Origin: an uncultured Gammaproteobacteria bacterium
Lineage (GTDB): Bacteria > Patescibacteriota > Patescibacteriia > UBA2591 > UBA6264
Direction of reading: 5' to 3'
Assembly: GCA_964507075.1 (NCBI GenBank)
Contig: CAZDOL010000003.1
Span: 30,246 to 59,172 of the forward strand
DNA length: 28,927 nucleotides
In this document: piece after piece, positions 24,561 to 28,927 of the stretch
Layout of the letters: each line of letters opens with the position of its first letter
Position numbering within the stretch: the stretch's first letter is position 1
Notes under the pieces: model-generated
The model's input: only the letters and a program-made list of their open reading frames with translations
Told to the model about the DNA's origin: nothing
Database searches by the model: none
Program-made: the position numbers and the translations under genes

Positions 24561-25766
24561 TTAAGTTTTTTGATCGGATAATATTTTTATAATTTTCTGA
24601 GCATCTGAATTCCATTGATTGTGTTTTTCAATAAAACCCCCCTTTTCTTTTTGAACAGAACAAACAACCTCATTGGGGACAGTCCCCATTTTCTGCTTGC
24701 CGCAAACCCACTCCTGTTCTGGGAGAGAGAGCAATTTTTTCAATTTGGCAAGATTTTGCCCTTTTTTCTTTCTTATTAGAATTCGCGCGCCTTGTTTCAG
24801 TTTTTGGACAGATCTTTGCATTTCTAAAGAATCAGCAGGAAGGGGGATGTCTAATAAAGCAGCTAAATGAATGGTCATGACGGTTAGCCCTGGTCCTTGT
24901 TTTTGTTGATAAATTGTTTCTAAATTTACTGAAGCTGGTTGGCGAGCATTGACTTCAATTACAAACCAATCTTCTTCAGAACGAATAAAATCTAAACCAA
25001 ACAATCCTTTCCATCCATCTTGAAGCATAGCAATGCCTATTTTTTCTGTAATCCTTTTTATATCTTCTATATTTTTTTTTGAAATATTCTGGTTTGCGTA
25101 CGACCAATCATTGCCAATGGTAGCAAAGGGCAAATCAGTGAATTCTTTAAGTCCAGTTATCTGATAGCTGATATTTCCCAATAATATACATTTTTTCCAA
25201 AGGCAAACATTAATAGTAAATGTTTCTCCAGAGATTAATTTTGAAAGTCGCAGTGGACGTTCGGGAAATTTTTTTTTCAACCTCTCCCAATCTTTTTTAT
25301 TTTTAATTATTTGAGTTCCTTCTCCGCTGTGACTGCGATTAAATTGACATATAAATGGTTTGCCTACTTTTTTTTCCAATTTTGAAAATAAAATGGATTT
25401 AGGAATACTGATAATAGTTGGAGGAAGATATTCTGGAATAATTTTTTCTAACCATTGATATTGGCTTATTTTATTCTCGTATTTTTCTACCAGACGAAAA
25501 TCAGGATTCAGTAATTTGATTTTTTTTTCTTTACTTAGTCGCTGTATTTTAGAATTATTCTTAAAAACAATTGCCATACCCTTGGGAATATCTGTTGTTT
25601 CAATAATTTCAGCAGTATCTTTCAAGGGAAAAGCTGTGATTATTTTATAATTTGTTAATAGTTTTTCTATCCCTGTTGCTCGCAATTTGTTGCGTGTGAT
25701 ATAAAAAAGAGGCTCTTTTTCTATTTTTTTATTGATTAAATTAATAATTTGTTTATTAGTAATCAT
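24561..25766 (-). CDS. ATP-grasp domain ligase-like protein
   Basis: 401 aa. GLFGLDFIRSEEDWFVIEVNARQPAS is a typical ATP-grasp C-terminal motif. Substrate unknown. Confidence 0.75.
   Translation of the reverse strand: MITNKQIINLINKKIEKEPLFYITRNKLRATGIEKLLTNYKIITAFPLKDTAEIIETTDIPKGMAIVFKNNSKIQRLSKEKKIKLLNPDFRLVEKYENKISQYQWLEKIIPEYLPPTIISIPKSILFSKLEKKVGKPFICQFNRSHSGEGTQIIKNKKDWERLKKKFPERPLRLSKLISGETFTINVCLWKKCILLGNISYQITGLKEFTDLPFATIGNDWSYANQNISKKNIEDIKRITEKIGIAMLQDGWKGLFGLDFIRSEEDWFVIEVNARQPASVNLETIYQQKQGPGLTVMTIHLAALLDIPLPADSLEMQRSVQKLKQGARILIRKKKGQNLAKLKKLLSLPEQEWVCGKQKMGTVPNEVVCSVQKEKGGFIEKHNQWNSDAQKIIKILSDQKT
24675..24687. repeat. REP-like palindrome GGGGACAGTCCCC inside the ATP-grasp CDS
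   Basis: Perfect 13-nt palindrome followed by ATTTT, the same flank as the transposase-flanking copy at 20859. Confidence 0.6.
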
Positions 25767-25856
25767 TGTGTAGATTTTATATTTTTTGACAGAATCGTGC
25801 GAAATTGAAAAAATCGCTCTATAATCTTTTACTATAGCGAATTATACGATGGCAAT

Positions 25857-25877
25857 AAAAGGGGACAGTCCCCTTTT
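25857..25877 (-). terminator. REP-like palindrome acting as a probable terminator after tRNA-Ala
   Basis: AAAAGGGGAC-A-GTCCCCTTTT. On the minus strand it lies 5 nt after the tRNA-Ala 3' end and is followed by TTTTATT. Confidence 0.55.
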
Positions 25878-25882
25878 AAGAA

Positions 25883-25953
25883 TGGACCTAGGCAGAATCG
25901 AACTGCCGTTTCTACGTTGCAAACGTAGTGTTCTGCCACTGAACCATAGGCCC
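25883..25953 (-). tRNA. tRNA-Ala (anticodon UGC)
   Basis: Acceptor GGGCCUA/UAGGUCC with the G3:U70 identity pair, anticodon stem CUACG/CGUAG with loop UUUGCAA, T arm GGCAG-UUCGAUU-CUGCC. No encoded CCA. Confidence 0.9.
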
Positions 25954-25956
25954 ATG

Positions 25957-26199
25957 TTATTTTATAAATATCCCAGCAATTCCTCCCATAATATCTTGCC
26001 AAATATTGCTGATAACAAAAAGTCCTAATAAAATAATAGCTACTCCCACTAATTTGTAAAATAGATGGCTTCCGCCTTCATATTGAAGGTGTTTTTCAGC
26101 CCAGGCGCTTTTTCCGAAAAAGCCCAAAACTTTTTCTGATTTCCAAACAATCATAAATCCAATGATGGTAATTAATATTCCGATAAATACTCTTAGCAT
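25957..26199 (-). CDS. small membrane protein (80 aa, two TM helices)
   Basis: A clean hydrophobic ORF between the tRNA-Ile array and tRNA-Ala on the same strand. No family recognised. Confidence 0.5.
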   Translation of the reverse strand: MLRVFIGILITIIGFMIVWKSEKVLGFFGKSAWAEKHLQYEGGSHLFYKLVGVAIILLGLFVISNIWQDIMGGIAGIFIK

Positions 26200-26232
26200 A
26201 TTAGTTTTAATTTAATTATTATAAATCTCAAG

Positions 26233-26272
26233 TGGGCGTAGCAGGATTTGAACCTGCGACATCCACTTTATA
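26233..26272 (-). pseudogene. orphan tRNA-Ile 3' half (positions 34-73)
   Basis: Part of the exact 58-nt duplicate 26215..26272 = 26331..26388. On the minus strand, upstream of position 34, it joins unrelated sequence. Confidence 0.85.
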
Positions 26273-26348
26273 TCAACAACTACGATTATTATATATTGTA
26301 TGGTTGTTGTTTGATATATCGATAACAATCATTATTATAAATCTCAAG

Positions 26349-26421
26349 TGGGCGTAGCAGGATTTGAACCTGCGACATCCACTTTATAAGAGTGGCGCTC
26401 TGACCCCTGAGCTATACGCCC
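26349..26421 (-). tRNA. tRNA-Ile (anticodon UAU)
   Basis: Acceptor GGGCGUA/UACGCCC, D arm GCUC-AGGGGUCA-GAGC, anticodon stem CCACU/AGUGG with loop CUUAUAA, T arm GCAGG-UUCAAAU-CCUGC, discriminator A. No encoded CCA. Confidence 0.85.
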
Positions 26422-26465
26422 ATATTTACGCCCACTTGAAATTGTAATAAAGAAGAAGTTATCGC

Positions 26466-26502
26466 TATAAGAGTGGCGCTCTGACCCCTGAGCTATACGC
26501 CC
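26466..26502 (-). pseudogene. orphan tRNA-Ile 5' half (positions 1-37), copy 2
   Basis: Identical to 26385..26421. The identity continues 16 nt into the leader, so 53 nt are identical in total. Confidence 0.85.
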
Positions 26503-26545
26503 ATATTTACGCCCACTTAAGACAGTAATAAAAAGAAGTTATCGC

Positions 26546-26602
26546 TATAAGAGTGGCGCTCCCTGCCTACCGGCAGGCAGGTGACCCCTGAGCTATACGC
26601 CA
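26546..26602 (-). pseudogene. orphan tRNA-Ile 5' half, copy 3, with a 20-nt hairpin insertion in the D loop and a changed position 1
   Basis: Same as copy 2 except for the insertion cctgcctaccggcaggcagg (26562-26581) and G1 changed to U. Confidence 0.8.
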
Positions 26603-26784
26603 GTATTTAATTATTTAGAGGTCGAACCTCTGAACTTTTAAATATTTTGTAGTATATTTATAATAACATTTTAGGGCATGATGTCAAAATATGTTTTTCT
26701 TGTTAAAAGATTTGATTTTGTTATAATAATATAAACGTTAAGTCAAGAATAACTAATTTAATTATTTTTTTAATTTTAGACATT

Positions 26785-27798
26785 ATGTCCAAAGTGCCGC
26801 CAGAAAATATTATTAGTCAGGAAGAATTACCAGAAGACCAAGGAGTTGATTTAACTTTGCGGCCAAAAACATTAGATGAGTTTGTTGGGCAAAAAAAATT
26901 AAAAGAAGGGCTTAAGATATTTATTCAGGCTGCCAAGCAGAGGGGAGAGCCATTGGAACACATATTATTTCAAGGGTCTCATGGCTTGGGAAAAACTACG
27001 CTTTCACATATTATAGCGCATGAGATGGGTATTAATATTCAAATTACATCTGGACCAGCATTAGAAAGGGCAGGTGATTTGGCCGCTATTTTAACTAGTT
27101 TACCAGAAGGTGGTGTTCTGTTTATTGACGAAATCCATCGCCTCAATCGGCATATTGAAGAAATTCTTTATCCAGCTATGGAAGAGTGCGCTTTAGATAT
27201 AATAGTAGGTAGAGGACCTAGCGCTAAAACTTTACGCTTAGATATTCCTCGTTTTACTTTGGTGGGCGCTACAACTAAGCCCAGTTTAATATCTCCTCCC
27301 CTGCGTGACCGTTTTGGTATGACGTATCGCTTGAATTTTTATGAAACCCTAGAGATAGAAGATATTATCAAGCGTTCATCTAAAATTTTGAAAATAGATT
27401 TAGAACCAAAAACAGTTCATGAACTAGCCAAACGCTCTCGTTTCACTCCTCGTATAGCTAATCGTCTTTTAAAAAGAACCCGAGATTTTGCCCAAGTAAG
27501 AGGAGAAAAGATTATTGGGGCATCTACTCTCTTTAATCTTTTAGATATTTTAGGCATTGATGATTTTGGTCTTAGTTTTATAGATCGCGAGATCCTTTCT
27601 TCTCTAATTAAAAAGTTTGCTGGTGGTCCAGTAGGACTCAAAACCTTGGCTGCGAGCACTGGCGAAGATTTGGCGAGCATAGAGGAAATATATGAGCCCT
27701 ATCTAATTAGACTTGGTTTTTTGAATAGAACTCCTAGGGGAAGAATAGCAACGAAATTAGCATATAAGCATTTAAAAAATAATACTATTGTAGGTTAA
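26785..27798 (+). CDS. ruvB: Holliday junction branch-migration helicase RuvB
   Basis: LRPKTLDEFVGQ, Walker A GSHGLGKTTL, Walker B LFIDEIHRL, and a C-terminal winged-helix part. Confidence 0.95.
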   Translation: MSKVPPENIISQEELPEDQGVDLTLRPKTLDEFVGQKKLKEGLKIFIQAAKQRGEPLEHILFQGSHGLGKTTLSHIIAHEMGINIQITSGPALERAGDLAAILTSLPEGGVLFIDEIHRLNRHIEEILYPAMEECALDIIVGRGPSAKTLRLDIPRFTLVGATTKPSLISPPLRDRFGMTYRLNFYETLEIEDIIKRSSKILKIDLEPKTVHELAKRSRFTPRIANRLLKRTRDFAQVRGEKIIGASTLFNLLDILGIDDFGLSFIDREILSSLIKKFAGGPVGLKTLAASTGEDLASIEEIYEPYLIRLGFLNRTPRGRIATKLAYKHLKNNTIVG

Positions 27799-27808
27799 TG
27801 TATTTTTT

Positions 27809-28927
27809 ATGAAAACTATCAGCAAAAAAAGAGCTATAATTTTAATTTTTGTGTTTTGTTTTTTTGGGTTTTTAATTGGCTTTTTTTTAGATAAAGATTT
27901 TACTACTTCTCCAGAAATAATTATTTCTGGTCAATCAGCAAGTAGCATTGATGATCAATTTGATGTTTCTTTGTTTGAAAAGGTTTGGACCACGATTGAA
28001 AAAGATTATGTAGTGCAACCAGTTTCAGAAGAAGATTTGTTTTATGGTTCTCTGCGCGGATTAGTGGAGGGATTAAAAGATCCTTATTCTATTTTTTTAA
28101 AACCAGACCTGGCCAAAAAGTTCTTAGATGATGTTTCTGGAAGTTTTGAAGGAGTGGGGATAGAGATTGGCATTAAAGATGATAGGCTCACGGTTATAGC
28201 GCCCTTAGATTATACTCCAGCTTTTCGAGCTGGTTTACGGTCAGGAGATAAAATTTATGGCATTGATGAAAAAAGTACTTTAGGCATGGGGTTAGACGAA
28301 GCCGCTCATTTAATCAGGGGCGAAAAAGGAACCAAGGTTGTTTTGACTATTTTAAGAAAACCAGAGAAAATTACCAAAGAAGTAGAGATTATTCGTGATA
28401 CCATTGATATTAAAACAGTTTCTTGGGAATTAAAGGGAGAAAATGATAAGATTGCTTATATTAAAATAACTCATTTTTCTGATGACACTTGGTCTGATTT
28501 TCAGAGCATTGCTCAAGTGGTTTTAGCTTCTAACCCAGATGGTTTAATTTTAGATTTGCGCAATAATCCTGGTGGATATATGGACACAGCAGTGAACATC
28601 GCCGGTTATTGGCTAGGAAGAAAAGTAGTAGTTATTGCCCGGGATGCTAATGACCGAGGAAAAGAATATAAATCCTCTGGCCCTCAGCATTTTGATGATT
28701 TCCCAACCATTGTTTTAGTTAACCAAGGATCAGCTTCAGCTTCAGAGATTTTGGCTGGAGCTATGCAGGACTATCAAAAGGCAACAATCTTGGGCGCGCA
28801 AACATTTGGCAAGGGCTCGGTACAGGAATTAAAGAATTTATCTGACGGCTCAGCCCTTAAGCTTACTATTGCTAATTGGTATACACCATTAAATCGTTCT
28901 TTTAATGAAGAGGGAATTACCCCAGAT
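27809..28927 (+). CDS. S41 C-terminal processing peptidase (partial, runs off the window end)
   Basis: Own translation from the ATG at 27809: N-terminal TM, PDZ region (GVGIEIG...GDKIYGID), LDLRNNPGG, catalytic GSASASEILAG and TFGKGS. It is open to the last base of the window. Confidence 0.85.
   Translation, partial: MKTISKKRAIILIFVFCFFGFLIGFFLDKDFTTSPEIIISGQSASSIDDQFDVSLFEKVWTTIEKDYVVQPVSEEDLFYGSLRGLVEGLKDPYSIFLKPDLAKKFLDDVSGSFEGVGIEIGIKDDRLTVIAPLDYTPAFRAGLRSGDKIYGIDEKSTLGMGLDEAAHLIRGEKGTKVVLTILRKPEKITKEVEIIRDTIDIKTVSWELKGENDKIAYIKITHFSDDTWSDFQSIAQVVLASNPDGLILDLRNNPGGYMDTAVNIAGYWLGRKVVVIARDANDRGKEYKSSGPQHFDDFPTIVLVNQGSASASEILAGAMQDYQKATILGAQTFGKGSVQELKNLSDGSALKLTIANWYTPLNRSFNEEGITPD

Noticed and set aside
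26385-26602. The 80-bp periodic units looked like a short CRISPR array.
   Set aside because: The repeats are tRNA-Ile halves plus leader. The would-be spacers are homologous to each other (gtaataaa.agaagttatcgc). No cas genes are present.

Overview
AT-rich, tightly packed bacterial chromosome segment. The gene content (small housekeeping genes, many cell-envelope genes, an intein in dnaB) suggests a small-genome Patescibacteria/CPR-like organism, but that is inference only. I can support about 30 protein genes. These include a CaCA exchanger with a P-type Ca-ATPase, intein-containing dnaB, recR, a DUF167 gene, a FemAB-family gene, a D-Ala-D-Ala carboxypeptidase, a small multidrug export family membrane protein, tpiA, tig, nusA, a SAM methyltransferase and murA. 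They also include a PLP enzyme, an unlisted LysW-like zinc-ribbon mini-ORF, a minus-strand block (mpl-like ligase, APH-fold kinase, Y1/RAYT transposase, DUF1611, mraY, an unknown gene, an ATP-grasp gene), ruvB and a truncated S41 peptidase. There are six intact tRNAs: Lys-UUU, Thr-GGU, Tyr-GUA, Gly-GCC, Ala-UGC and Ile-UAU. The most unusual items are these. (1) The tRNA-Ile(UAU) gene at 26.2-26.6 kb is surrounded by extra copies of its own 5' and 3' halves, all broken at the anticodon. One half carries a GC hairpin insertion. (2) A GC-enriched, hairpin-dense locus at 8.1-8.4 kb is either an odd 87-aa gene or a structured RNA. (3) A Y1 transposase is flanked by inverted REP-like palindromes, with solitary copies elsewhere. 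(4) A dispersed AAGAACC repeat family is present, inserted in frame three times in a membrane protein gene. (5) mraY lies outside a dcw context, in what looks like a cell-wall salvage operon. (6) An intergenic cascade of 7-8 nt tandem repeats follows the FemAB gene. No CRISPR array, rRNA or prophage was seen.
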